From Octopus sinensis (lineage: Eukaryota): a DNA stretch of 64,000 bases. Shown piece by piece: positions 11,747 through 25,788 of this stretch. The notes under the pieces are model-generated. The model was given only the letters and a program-made list of their open reading frames with translations. It made no database searches and had not been told where the DNA came from. The stretch covers positions 66,526,001 through 66,590,000 of the forward strand of contig NC_043002.1 in assembly GCF_006345805.1 (NCBI RefSeq). Direction: 5' to 3'. The stretch's first letter is position 1, and each line of letters begins with the position of its first letter. Made by a program: the position numbers and the translations under genes.

Positions 11747-11984
11747 GGAAGTAGAACTGATGGGTGCAAACGAATCGCTAGGAAAAGTGAAATACGCAAA
11801 AGCATTTCCGCTCTCTCCATTATTCTTCTTCGATGCGTTAATCTTTCAGATAAGTATACTGAGAAAATCTAGGCCTGCTTTTCAGTTTATCAAAATCAAG
11901 CTGACGATAAATGCCCTGCTTTATATGGATAACTTCAAACTATATACAAAATATGAGAAAAAAACTTCGATTCTCTGATTCAAA

Positions 11985-13010
11985 CACTAAGAATATTCAG
12001 TAAAAATATTGGAATGCATTTCGGGATAAATAAGTGCGCAATGCTAATTATGAAGAGAGGCAGAAGATAAACTATGATAGCATAAAAGCAAGAGATAGAA
12101 GAGCTAATTATAGCCGTTTAGGAACAAGCAGTTTTCTTTTTGTCTTTTTTTTTCTACTCTAGGCACAAGACCCGAAAATTTTGGGGAGAGGACCAGTCGA
12201 TTAGATCGACCCAGGTACGCAACTGGTACAAAATTTATTGACCTCCAATGGATGAAAAGCAAAGTCGACCTCGGCGGAATTTGAACTCAGAACGTAAAGA
12301 CAGACGAAATGCTGCTAAGCATTTCGCCCGGCGTGCTAACGATTCTGCCAGCTAACCGCCTTTTTTCGCCCGGCGTGCTAACGTTTCTATCAGCTCAAGC
12401 ATTGCGACGGATCTGATAAAGGCAAAGACCGAAAAAACTCAGACAATATATGTAGAATGTAGAAAGGAGATGAAAGCATCAGTCATCTATTGAAAGAATG
12501 TAGTAGGCTAGCACGAAGAGAGTATAAGCGCAAGCATGACTGTGTGGGTAAAAGAGTGCATTTGATGTTAGATGAGTGAGGGAGTTCGAAATAACTGGAT
12601 CGTTGTATGAACATGAACCAGGCTGTGACAAAGAATGAGTTATATGATCTTATGGGATTTCCATGCAAAGATTCACGATACTATTGAAACAAGAAGACCA
12701 GAGGACAAAATAACCAAACTATAAAACCATAGATGTTGCAATTCCGTATAACAGAGTCATATAAAAGAACTTGATAACAAAAACAAGCAAAAAAACCGAG
12801 AACTATCAAAATCGAAACAGAGAGCCGAAGAGAGTGTGGAAGGCTAAAACAAAAATTATTCCTGTGGTAACTGGTGCACTTGGCGCAACATGCAGTATGT
12901 TACCTAAAAGACTGAAAGAGGCTAGAATTGAGACTTGCATTGTTGACCTGCAGAAAAGTACTATCTCATATTCTGAAAGAAACCTAAGAAAAATTCTTGA
13001 GATTTGAAGA
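11985..13010 (+). mobile_element. Decayed R4/Dong-like non-LTR retrotransposon 3' part, interrupted by an S1 SINE at about 12150-12395
   Basis: Translated fragments: RIFS..IGMHFGINKCAMLIMKRG (late RT); CRM..K.DES..HL..ECSRLA..EYKR.HD (CCHC zinc knuckle); REPKRVWK..TKIIPVVTGALG..LQKS..RNLRKILEI (RLE C-terminus). Many stops and frameshifts. Confidence 0.75.
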
Positions 13011-13657
13011 GACTTGTCACCATACCTCAAATGTTATTCCTGCTAATTAAATTATCATGTGTACTAGCTTGATAATAATATTAGTTTCCAATTTTGACAC
13101 AAGGCAAGCATGTTCAGGGGAGTGGCTTAGTCGATTACATCGACCCCAGTGCTCAACTGGTACTTATTTTGTCGACCCCATAAAGACGAAAGGCAAAGTC
13201 AACCTCAGCGGAATTTGAACTCGGGACGTAAACACAGACGAAATGCTAGCGGCATTCATTTCACCCGCCGAGCTAACGATTCTACCAGTTCACCGCCTTA
13301 GCTTGATAATAATATTAATAACAATAAAAATCGTTTGTTATACAGGCACAAAACCAACGATTTTGAAGAGAGGAGATTATTCATTACACTGATCTTTAGT
13401 TCTTGAGCGGTATTTTATTTTATGGACCCAGAAAGAATGAAAGACATCTTTGATCACGGTGAGAATTGAACTCCAGACTATAGAACCGTTATACGCATGC
13501 GTACAATGCATGCGCAAAGATAGAAAGAGACAGAGTATGTATTGTTATCCTTAATATATAAATATGTATGCTTGTGTGTTTCACAGTATGTTTGTATGTG
13601 TGTTTATATGGGTGTCAGTGATGTATGTATGTATACGTATTATATATGCATATACAT

Positions 13658-13739
<82 letters not shown>

Positions 13740-13742
<3 letters not shown>

Positions 13743-14957
13743 GTCTTGGACAAAATAATGGAAACTCCTTAAAATTTCAAACAAATTTATTTTAATATGG
13801 GGTAAGATATCCTTTGGCAGTAATTACAGCTTTACTTCTATGAGGCATGGACTCGTACAAAATTTGAATTGTTACCAAAGGAATTTTTGTCCATTCTTCA
13901 GTTAAAACAGTCCCCTGTTCTTGTAGTGATGATGGTGGAGGATATCGACTCCTCACTTGTTTTTCTAAAATGCATCATAAATGTTCAATAATATTGAGAT
14001 CTGGGAACTGTGGTGGCCAGGTAAGATGTTCAACTTCACTTGAATGTTTCTCGTAACATTCTAGTAACAACTTTAGCTGTGTGAATTGGTGCATTATCAT
14101 CCTGTAAGATTGCGTTTCCCTCCGGAAACAGTTCCGCAACCATAGGATGAATTTGTTCAGATTGACTATTAATTTTGCCATGAAGGGAAACCAGTGGACC
14201 GGCGGATTTCCAAGATATAGCCCCCTCCTCCAGATCATCACAGATCCTCCCCCGTGTTTAACAGTTGGAAGAAGACAGTCTAGGTCAACTACTTCTTTTG
14301 GCTGTCTCCACACGTATACTCGGCAGGTGGTCGAAAATAAGGTAAAGGATGGCTCGTCCGAGAAAATAACATTCTTCCACTGCTCTAGGGACCAATTCTG
14401 TAGGTTTTTACTCCACTCTAAACTCTTTGCAGCCTTTGTTTTTGAAAGCAGTGATTTTCTGATTGCAGCCCTCCCGTGAAATCCGGCTTTGTGTGAACAG
14501 TTTTTGTGGAAACTGGGTTCTCGAGGTGGTCATTAAGCTCTACGGTAATTCTGGGAGCTGTACTTTTGTGATCCTTTCTAACAATTCTAACAGCCCCTAT
14601 CTGAAAGTTTTGGTTTTCTTCCGGAGTTTTGTTTCGACGAGGAGGTTTTTCCCTCTTTCTCAAAGGCTGTCATTACTTTCAAGACAGTACTTCTTGATAC
14701 ACCAAACATTTCGGCTGTTTACGTTACGCTACCGCCTGCCATACGAACACCAACAATTTGACCTCTTTGAAAGTCTGACAGCTCTGTCATTTTAATGAAT
14801 TTTAATTACCCTTTTCTTATATCTGAAAAGAAACAGCAATTTTAGCAAAACCTATTGAGCAACACTAATAATAAATAAAAAACATAAAAATAAACAAGCT
14901 TTTGTCGGTTTTATAGATATTTCAAAATTGCTAGGTGTTTCCATTATTTTGCCCAAC

Positions 14958-14960
<3 letters not shown>
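13740..14960 (-). mobile_element. Tc1-family transposon with a frameshifted transposase
   Basis: Imperfect TIRs (..CAAAATAATGGAAAC..) within TA repeats. Minus-strand motifs PTVKHGGGSVMIW, QDDNAPIHTA and WPPQFPDLNIIEHL. Confidence 0.9.
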
Positions 14961-15050
<90 letters not shown>

Positions 15051-15108
15051 TACATATACATATATATATACATATACATATATATACATACATACATACA
15101 TACATACA

Positions 15109-15140
<32 letters not shown>

Positions 15141-15285
15141 ATATATATATATACATTATATATATATATATATATAATATATATATATATGTGTGAATAT
15201 ATATATATATATATATTATATTATATATAATATATATATATATATATATATTAATATATATATATATATATATATATTATTATGT

Positions 15286-15607
15286 GAAGGCGCATGGCTC
15301 AGTGGTTAGAGCGTCGAGCGTGAGGTTGTGAGCTCGAATCCCGGACCGGGCTGCGTGTTGTGTTCTCGAGCAAGGCACTTTATTTCACGTTGCTCCAGTT
15401 CACTCAGCTGTAGAAATGAGTTGCGACGTCACAGGTGCCAAGCTGTATCGACCTTTGTCTTTCCCTTGGATAACACTGGTGGCGTGGAGAGGGGAGGCTG
15501 GTATGCATGGGCGACTGCTAGCCTTCCATAAACAACCTTGCCCGGACTTGTGTCTAGGAGGGTAACTTTCTAGGTGCAATCCCATGGTCAGTCATGACCG
15601 AAGGGGG

Positions 15608-15610
<3 letters not shown>
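15286..15610 (+). mobile_element. S3 tRNA-derived SINE (5'-truncated sister copy at about 19535-19792)
   Basis: A box TGGCTCAGTGG and B box GCTCGAATCC; ~320-bp body repeated at 19.5 kb. Confidence 0.85.
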
Positions 15611-15653
<43 letters not shown>

Positions 15654-16879
15654 GCACACACACACGCTCTCTTTTCCAGTCGCTGCGGCCTGTCAACCGA
15701 GTTTTTATGTAGGTAATTAAAGTAAATATATACAGAGCTCCGTTCTCTTATCTTTTTCTCTTATCTTATCGTCTGACATAAGAAACATCTCCGCCATATT
15801 GTTTTACTGTTGTTGCAGTGTGTTTTCTGCCATACCGAACATAACACTTTGTAATCCGAATAGCTATAATTCAAAAACGGTGGCAGAATCGGTAAACAAT
15901 CACTCAAACCCACTTTAAAAAAAAAAAAATTTTCAATAGATACGTCATTCTCATTGTCATGAGTTCAAAATCTGCTGGTACCAATTTTTTCTTTAATCCT
16001 TGTGGGGATTTATTAAAAAATCGATAAATTGATAGATTGCCTAACAAAATGTCTTCCCGTATTTAGTTACGTCATTTTCTATGTTATGAGTTCAAATCCT
16101 GCTCTTTAATTATTGTGGGTTCAGTAACAGAATTGATAGATTGCCTCACGGAATGTCTTCCAATATTTAGCTACGTATAAGGCGGCGTGCTAGCAGAATA
16201 GTTAGATGCCGAACAAAATATCTTTACGGCATTTCGTCCGACTTTACATTCTGAGTTTAAATTCTGCCGAGGTCGATTTTGCCTCTCGTCTTTTCGTGGT
16301 CGATAAAATAAATAACAGCTGAGCACCAGGGTTGATGTTATCGACTTACCACTTACCCCGAAATTGCTGGCATTGTGCCAAAATCGGAAAGCAATGTTTA
16401 GTTATCTCATTCTCTATGTTATAAGTTAAAATCCTGCCATGTTAATTTTCCGTTTAATCCTTGTGAGGATCGATAAATGAAATACAAGTCCAATACTGAG
16501 ATAATCGTTCCAATTAACTATAAACTTGATCTCTTAAAGATACATGGTCTTATACCAATGCTAGAAACCAACATTTGGACTACATTTGAAGCAATAATCT
16601 GGTATTTAAAGCAATTATCTTGTATATTTACACTGCCAGAGCAACGTATGACCCGAACTATATAATTTACAGATAGCTAGCGCATATGAACAACAGATAA
16701 CTAAAGCTCTCAAAGCCTTTACGAAAGATAAACCACCCAATCCCTGATTGTCTCTCTCATGACGACATCACATATGTAACGTTAAACAAAGCTTCTTTTC
16801 CAGAGCAAGAAAATACTTCATCTTTGACAAGTTACTGATCATTTACAAAGCTCAAACAAGACGCACCTTAGAGTACGTA

Positions 16880-17476
16880 TAACCTCGTTTATTTATTTCT
16901 TCAGTGCCCACAGGGGGGCTAAACATAGAGGAAACAAACGGATTAAGTCGATTACATCGACCCCAATGCGTAACTGGTACTTATTTAATCTACCCCGAAA
17001 GTATGAAAGGCAACGTAACGTCAGACGAAATACCACTAAACATTTCACCCGGCGTGCTGACGTTTCTTATTTCTTTATTGTCCACAAGGGGCTAAACACA
17101 GAGGGGATAAACAAGGACAGACAAAAGGATTACGTCGATTACATCGACCCCAGTGCGTAACTGGTACTTTATTTATCGACCCCGAAAGGATGAAAGGTAA
17201 AGTCGACATCGGCGGAATTTGAACTCAGAACGTAAAGACAGACGAAATACCAATTTCTTTACTACCCACAAGGAGAGGACAAACAAAGACAGACAAACGG
17301 ATTAAGTCGATTATATCGATCCCAGTGCGTAACTGGTACTTATTTAATATCGACCTCGAAAGGATGAAAGGCAAAGTCGACCTCGGCGGAATTTGAACTC
17401 AGAACGTAACGACAGACGAAATACGGCTACGCATTTCGCCCGACGTGCTAACGCTTCTGCCATCTCGCCGCCTTCT
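16880..17476 (-). mobile_element. Multimeric S1 SINE
   Basis: S1 head at about 17476 followed by internally repeated B-box/body units. Confidence 0.8.
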
Positions 17477-19288
17477 TTATTGCTGATTCATTCATCACTC
17501 ATCCGAGATAACACTGCACGCTTAATTGTGATCTATGTTACGCTTATCACGGATTCATGTATGATAACACGGGTTGGCGAGTACCGCAAAAATACGCCTC
17601 ATCGACCATCCACAATGCTCAGCTACCCAGAATGCACAAACTACCGCTTGTGTTTACCTGCTGTGCTGCGTATTTGTTTTTGTACGGATTTACGTACTCA
17701 TACCCATCAACAGGGTATCAATGAGCAGGATACAAATGCACCTGATCCTAACAAATGACGCTGATAAAGGTAGAGACGACCAAGAAAATGACGCGAAAGT
17801 CGAAGATTCTCTGCTGTGGGCTTTGAGCTTGGTGTCAATGAAGCTATCATTCGTTCCATTTACAAAGTGCGTTGAGATGTTCCTTTATCACTGATTCCTT
17901 TATCACTGTTTTTCTGGAACCAAACAGCCAACTCGCCATGATAAACAAAGACAAAAATATTTCTACTTGCATATTTGGGATACTGTCATCGATTCACACA
18001 GACATTCTGTTTATTGGCAAAGATTCGTTCACAAACGTTTCAACAGCGGGCTCACACATATTATTTCTTCTCTGGCTTCTGATCCTCTTCATGGCTTCCT
18101 ATCGTCTAAACCAGCTGACCACATACTTCACTTCTTTTCCAAGCAGGTCCATGCGACACAACCGTCTCTTCTTGTTATCAACACTCTCTTAAACCTCTCA
18201 CATCCTGTACTAAACGTTTGTCCAGTCATTACGTGCTAAATATGCACACACCCAGGTTTTCCCTTCAGACCTTGACCTACGAAAGTTCAAACTGGTATCA
18301 TCTGTAACAATCTCGCCAATCTAGGATGATGTGTTAAGGTTCATGACCTCTTCTCTTTCGACTAACTAGACAAGAATATGAGTCGATCCAAACAAATTCA
18401 AGCTAATTTTCAACATACATAATTATACTCTTAATACACTACGTCAGATTTATGGACATCTTGGAGAAATATATATACCACAGCACGTAACGGCATATAA
18501 GACGTACTTTTATTCCCAAAGAAGTTTTTAAAAATCACCACGGATAATATTTGCGAAGCTGGACCACCCATAAGCTAATTTTGTCCCTGGCGTTCATTTT
18601 TCACAGATTATACGCTGCTGAAATTAGGGTGCATCTACAAGGTCTAAGAGCCTTTCATGCCATCAAATACGTTATTTTATACTAGAAGCTAACAGCCCAT
18701 ATAGTATAAATACTTATGCCCTACAAGACAGTTTAACCAGATTTCTACTGATGGAGATCACTGAGAGGCATTTTAAAGTCACGACCAAAATAAACTGCCG
18801 TGCCGTATCTAGATTTTGCAGGACTAAGCAACTGCTTTTGGGTACAATTTATGATTTCGTAGACGAAATGCTCGCTATGAAAAGGCGTAACATTTAAAAG
18901 ATCATATCGAAAAGGTTCACATTTTTCTGGTGACTTTACTAGGGGAGCCTGAAGCTACTTCGTAAACTGTTCGATAAGGATTAGACGGAAAACGTTTGCT
19001 GCAACGCACAGAGATGTACTGCAGCGCACGCACGCCTGCACGCCACCACTACACACGAATATAAGCACACCCGCACGCCACCACTACACACGAATATAAG
19101 CACACCCGCACGCACGCACACAAGCTCTCACGGACATCTAGACATACAAAACTCATTCACGGATATATAGAAGATAGGCAAACACACACACACACACACA
19201 CACACAACACACACACACACACACAAATATATATATGGAGAGAGCGAGCGAGAGAGAGAGAGGGAGAAAGAGAGGGAGAGAGAGATGG

Positions 19289-19321
<33 letters not shown>

Positions 19322-19987
19322 TTTTAAGTTCGAATTATAAAACGTCGCTTTGTTGCTACTTTAAAAGAACTTTTAGCGGTAAATTGTATGTTGTGACTTA
19401 GATTTTTATATCATTATGAACTACATTAGTACCTACTAATTTATCAGTGCAAGCTATACACAGTCAAAATATGTATGAAGTCGTATGTATGTATGCATAT
19501 ATATATATATATAATAATATATATATATATATATTGTTGTGTTCTTGAGCAAGGCACTTTATTTCACGTTGCTCCAGTTCACTCAGCTGTAGAAATGAGT
19601 TGCGACGTCACAGGTGCCAAGCTGTATCGGCCCTTGCCTTTCCCTTGGACAACATCGGTGACGTGGAGAGGGGAGGCCGGTATGCATGGGCGACTGCTGG
19701 TCTTCCATAAAACAACCTTGCCCAGACTTGTGCCTCAGAGGGTATCTCTCTAGGTGCAAACCCATGGTCAGTGCCTGACCGAAGGGGGTCTTTAAATATA
19801 TATATATATATATATAGGGAGAGTTTACGAAAAAACAAAAGACGAAGACAGGTAGTGTACAAAACAAACAGATGTATTAGTATAACGCTCAAGAATAGAA
19901 AAAGTCTTTTACGTTTCGAGCCTACGCTCTTCTACTGAAAGGGACACAGAAAAAACAAGGAGAGAAAAAAATGTGTGCAGTGGCTAA

Positions 19988-20034
<47 letters not shown>

Positions 20035-20313
20035 TAAGAAGTACTTCTGTCCCAGCTGATGCGATAACGGAACAGCTTGCTCGTCAAATTAACGTACAAG
20101 TAATGTAGTTCTCATGGAAATTCAACATGACACAGAGTGTGACAAGGCTGACACTTTGAAATACAAGTACTACGCATTTTTGCCTTTTGAGTGGACTGGA
20201 GCAACGTGAAATATATTGTCTTGCTCAAGGACACAACGCGTCAATGGGAATTGAACTCACAATCGTGTGCCGAATGCCCTAACCATTAAGCCACGCGCCC
20301 TCACTATATATAT

Positions 20314-20351
<38 letters not shown>

Positions 20352-21068
20352 CTAGCATTAAAGACCCGTCATTGCCGGGTCATAGTGCTAGTGCATGTAT
20401 ATATGTGTATATATATGTGTACTTATTACATGTACATCTATATATCTACATCTACACATAAAATGCAAAATACAAAGTTATATCTTGATATCGCTAGTGA
20501 TAACAATACTCAAATTATATAACAGACTAGAATTGTTAGCTCTTCTTTTTTCTCTACATTGTATACTTTATAGACAATAGTCTTTTCTTTAATTTATTTT
20601 TTTATTATCCATCTGGACTATTCCATTTCTGCACGCTAATTTTATTTTTAATTTATTCCCATTCATGTGAAACCACTTATTCAAGTTCAAATCATTGATG
20701 CAATTTTATACCAATTGCTATTTTTACTTTTGTCATGTTACTTTAGTTTGATTTTAATTATTACTTACTACATATAATTCAATTGTTATTATTATTTTTA
20801 TTGTTAAAGTGAAAACATCTGACAAATATTTTTGTTTCACTTTTAACGCGTAATACTGAAATAGTGGAGAAGATATGATATTGCTATGGGCTCGCTCTAG
20901 GCAAGAAGTTGAACATTTTTTTTTTTGCCCATGAAACTACATGGACCCTGAGTAAGGCATGTGTAAAATTTGAATGAAATTGATTGTGTAGTTCTCGAGT
21001 TTTAGGGAAACACACAGACAGACAGACACACACACACACACACATTCTCAGTTTTATATATATAAAGA
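20352..21068 (-). mobile_element. Non-autonomous Helitron-like element
   Basis: The minus strand starts A|TCTTTATATATAT and ends with a CCCGGCAATGACGGG hairpin plus CTAG|T; internal (CA)n/(GACA)n. Confidence 0.7.
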
Positions 21069-21076
21069 TATATATT

Positions 21077-21893
21077 AAATATATACATACATTATTAGAT
21101 ATGTACATATATACACAAGGGTACTACATGAGTACCTATATCGCTAATGATAGAAGTCAAAAATACTTCTGTACCACCGTATAGTCACAAATCTATTACA
21201 GACAAGTTAGGAAAAAATATCAGTGAACAATAATGATATTTTTTATTCACTGATATTTTTTCCTATCTTGTCTGTAAAAGATTTGTGACTATTTGGTGGT
21301 ACAGAAGTATTTTTATCTTCTATCATTAGCGATGTTGGTACTCATGTAGTACCCTTGTGTATATATGTACATATCTAATAATGTATGTATATATTTTATT
21401 AATTTGCCTGTACGGCTGATAATTCGCTTACCACTTCTGATGGTATTTTAATAATACCATCCCTATATTTATTTATAAATGATTTTACGCATAACGTTTG
21501 TTCGTACGGTGCTTGGTCACTTCAAACGAAATTTCGCAGACATGATGGGGGTGAATGTTAGTAGTTATTTAGCTGGCGGACTTTGGCTGATGAGAAATCA
21601 CGAGCCTAGGTGGCGCTAAATTTCGAAACCGGTACCAGGTTGACCAGCATTTTACTTGTTCTGACCCATTTGAGGTAAGAAATTATTATTGTTCACTGAT
21701 ATTTTTCCTATCTTGTCTGTAACAGATTTGTGACTATTCGGTGGTACAGAAGTATTTTTGACTTCTATCATTAGTGATATAGGTACCCATGTAGTACCCT
21801 TGTGTATATATGTACATATCTAATAATCTATGCTTATATTTTATTAATTTGCCTGTACGGCTTGTGATGGTATTTTAATAATATCATCCCTAT
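21077..21893 (+). mobile_element. Family B element: fold-back, 446-bp-period direct repeat and hammerhead
   Basis: 21077-21227 is inverted relative to 21246-21396. 21246-21466 recurs at 21692-21893. The hammerhead lies between the direct repeats. Confidence 0.75.
21581..21639 (+). ncRNA. Type-I hammerhead ribozyme motif (canonical core)
   Basis: CTGATGA at 21587-21593; stem II GAAAT/ATTTC; GAAA at 21625-21628; palindromic stem III ACCGGT; GUA cleavage after 21634; stem I TTTGG/CCAGG. Confidence 0.8.
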
Positions 21894-21933
21894 ATCTATA
21901 TCTATAAATATATATATATATATATATAATATA

Positions 21934-22033
21934 AATTAGAGATAAAACCACTATTATGCAACTCAAACAGTGACAGACATAAACCAAAACATAAAACTGT
22001 TTGAGTTGTATAATAGTGGTTTTATCTCTAATT
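21934..22033. repeat. Hairpin with 38-bp arms (1 mismatch) and a 24-nt loop
   Basis: 21934-21971 is the reverse complement of 21996-22033. Confidence 0.9.
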
Positions 22034-22105
22034 AATATTTTATATATCTATATTGTGAAATTTGATTTAATACTAAATTGAATTTTTCCCTGTAAGTTTG
22101 GAGTT

Positions 22106-22113
22106 ATACTCCC

Positions 22114-22173
<60 letters not shown>

Positions 22174-22285
22174 TTTTATTATTATTTATTATTATTATTA
22201 TATTATTATTATTATTATTATTATTATTATCATCATTATTATTATTATATTATTATTATTATTATCATTATTATTATTATTATAT

Positions 22286-22371
<86 letters not shown>
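22106..22371 (+). repeat. (TTA)n followed by (TA)n microsatellite
   Basis: Direct reading. Confidence 0.95.
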
Positions 22372-22692
22372 CACCACCTTGAAAAATTTTAATCGAATGC
22401 CTCGATTCCATGTCCCATTTCTGTGGGTATGTATAAATGTCTCATTTATTTCCCTCATTATGCTTTGTTGATGAGGAAAAGTTATTAGACTGATCAAGAA
22501 ATTGATCAATCCAAAGCTAACTGTGTTAGTTTATGACCTTTTCTTATCCTCCTCCTTCAATTTCAACATGTGTGTACAACATAAGTGATGATTTTAAGTG
22601 GGTTGACGATTTACCGTCTATTTTCAGTATAGACATAGTCTCTTCTGTGCCCTTAATTATAATTGTGTTTTATACTATTATAAATGTCTCAC

Positions 22693-22765
<73 letters not shown>

Positions 22766-22778
22766 ATGTATATATATA

Positions 22779-23346
22779 CGAGGGTGAGTCAAAAAGTAAT
22801 GCCATTTTGTTTAGGGCAGGTATAATTACCAACACAGGAACATGTATCATACATCAAAATGAAGCTGGTCCTCTGTGGATCACATCCCTACTTCTCAATA
22901 TAGTCACCATTTCTCTCAATAGCAATGTTCCACCTTCGAATGAGAGCATGTATCCCTGCCCCGTAAAATTCTGTTGATTGTTCTTTGAACCACTTTTTCA
23001 CTACAGTTTTCGCTTCCTCGTCACGGGAATAATGTTTACCTCTCAAACCCTCTTTCATGGGGTCGAAGAGATGATAGTCTGAAGGCACTAAATTATTCCA
23101 GTAACGAGGAAGCCAAAACTGCAGTGAAGAAGTGGCTCAAAGAACAGTCAGCAGAATTTTACGGGGCAGGGATACATGCTCTCATTCGAAGGTGGAACAT
23201 TGCTATTGAGAGAAATGGTGACTATATTGAGAAGTAGGGATGTAATCCACAGAGGACCAGCTTCATTTTGATGTATGATACATGTTCCTGTGTTGGTAAT
23301 TAGACCTGCCCTAAACAAAATGGCATTACTTTTTGACTCACCTTCG
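22779..23346. mobile_element. Mariner-derived fold-back MITE built from two 3' ends
   Basis: TA TSD; 255-bp arms at 22779-23033 and 23092-23346, each encoding the mariner C-terminus (SDYHLF..RRWNIAIERNGDYIEK). Confidence 0.9.
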
Positions 23347-24548
23347 TATTTATACCGGCGTTCAACTGGTACTTACTTTATCGACCTCGGAAGGCTATTG
23401 GTCTGTTTGTTACTGTATACTTGTAAAATCTATTGTTGGTAGTGTAAAAATCAGGTTTGTTTTTGTTTGATTAGAAGTACCATCGTCAAAAATAAGTGCA
23501 TATTTAAGTATAATTGGCGATTTTTGACTAAGGTCAGAGGTTTAATACTTTAGAAGGTGACGTGTAGGAAATGCGACGAGTAAAGCTTTTCCCATTATCA
23601 TTAGCTGCTCCAAGCGATATAATTGCTCCATAGAGTGATTGAAAACCCTTCAGTAAGTCACCGCAAACCTATTATTTCTACAGCTCAAAGGCTTAATATT
23701 TTACAAGGTGCCATGTAGGAAATGTGACGGTTGAGTTAAACTTTTCTTAACGTCATTAGCAGTACCAAGTGATGTGAATTTCTCCGAAGATGAATGAAAA
23801 ACGTGTCGTTAACTCGAGTCGACGCAAACCTTACAAGATTACCCTCACCACAAATCGTACTTCACGTTTCCGTTTCAAAGAATTATGGTCTTGGTGTTGA
23901 TATATGGCTATTGTTTTTCTCTAGATTCTTCCACTTGTTCGCCAACTTACAGGGATTGATCTGTCTGTCTGTCTCTTGAAGTTGTAAGTTATCTTCATGA
24001 TAAGTGGAATTAATAGAAACAGGAAGCGAGATCAAAAGCGAATAAAGAAGAAAATAAGGTGGGGAGAAAAAAGAAACTGATTCTCTTAGAAGTAAAAGCT
24101 AGCAGCGGTTGGAATATTAAGGAATGAGGCGGTGGCGGAGGCGGTTAGTGTTTGATCTTACTTGTCTGACAGACATGAAAATTGTTGTATTGTCGCAGAT
24201 GACATAAAATAAAATAAAATAAAATAAAATCGTTTCCATTAGTTTTCTCAGTGTATCTTTCCATCACACAAAAGAAATATTGTTTTGTTTTCAATTCCAA
24301 AATCGTTCTTGTTCGTAAAGTAAAAAAACAACAAAAACAATAACACACACACATACGAATAATTATAAATAATTACCATTGTAATTTTTCAATGCACGTA
24401 ACATACACCCAGATCCTCACACATATAGACATACATACAGACACACAAAACTGAACACGAATGTGTGTGTTATTTTACCGGAGAAAAATTAAAATGCTTA
24501 ATGTATGCTTGTTGCAAAATTACATTAAATGGGTTGTGTATGCATATG

Positions 24549-24883
24549 CAGTGGCGGACTGGCCAGGTTGCCAGCTTGCTCGATGGTAAGTGACCATCGG
24601 GCAAGCTGGTAACCTGCAAGCTGGTAACCTGTAATCCTCATTAGAATCTATATATGGGGGCCCATGTTCGTATCTAAGGGGCCCATCCCCTCAAGATTGA
24701 GAATTTTTTATTCACTCCTGGAAGAATGCAATAATTATTTCAGTCTGGCTGTGTTTGTAGACAGTTGAAAAGAATACTTTTAACAAAAAACAAAAAAAAA
24801 AAAATTAAATGATAGCATTATAGTTGTGGGTGAGCTCCCATAGTCTCCTGGCAATAAATATATTTAGACCCAGTCCGCCACTG
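24549..24883. mobile_element. hAT-type MITE
   Basis: 14-bp TIR CAGTGGCGGACTGG and a perfect 8-bp TSD TGCATATG on both sides. Confidence 0.9.
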
Positions 24884-25385
24884 TGCATATGTATTGCTAA
24901 CTTATACCATTCAGCCACAGTTTCACATTACAGTTCCAGATAAGCGAATGGATATCTCTTAATTTTACTGGACTCAATGTGTAGCTATTTACCACTCTTA
25001 TAATAAATGCTGTCGTATATTAGTATACTTGGTGACACTCGAAAAAAGGTAACCTCAACTTTGTTTATCTACGAAGTCTTGCGGTGTTTATCTTTTATGT
25101 ATTATTTGTTTCAGTCATTGGACTACGGCCATGCTGGGGCACCGCTTGAGGAAGTTTTAGTCGAATGAATCGACTACAGTCGATTCATTCGACTAAAACG
25201 TGGTACTTATTTTATCGATCTCTTATGATGAATCGCTAAGTACAAGAATCATAAACACATCAACACCTGTTGTCAAGTTGTGGTGGAGGAGACTAAAACA
25301 CACACACACACACACACACTCTCTCTCTCATAAACACACATATACACATACATGCACACACATACAAACACACACGCACACACAC

Positions 25386-25442
<57 letters not shown>

Positions 25443-25587
25443 AGCATGGAAGAAAAACGCAATTGAAACGTTTGGACAGGTAGACGATACAAAGGTGGAC
25501 AAGAGAAACAGGCAAAAAAAAAAGACGGGTCATTCTTGGCTTTCTTTCATCTGTCAAGTACCAGAAGTTAGGACCATTTCGGGCAGT

Positions 25588-25665
<78 letters not shown>

Positions 25666-25669
<4 letters not shown>

Positions 25670-25778
25670 CGTGACCGACCAGGTTATCAGATGTTGCTAC
25701 ACATCGCTGGTCACAATGCGCTTCGCATTGCTTTAGCCTTCAAATGACGCCACCCCGCTGGTTAAGCGAGCAGGCCAA
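25666..25778 (+). mobile_element. Probable non-LTR/SINE 3' tail fragment within (TA)n
   Basis: A short GC-balanced segment between TA tracts. The family assignment rests on recollection only. Confidence 0.4.
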
Positions 25779-25788
25779 TATATATATA

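Noticed and set aside
17480-19020. 1.5 kb of non-repetitive sequence with short ORFs and a strong acceptor near 18607
   Set aside because: No frame gave a recognisable protein and no matching donor was found; it needs BLASTX.
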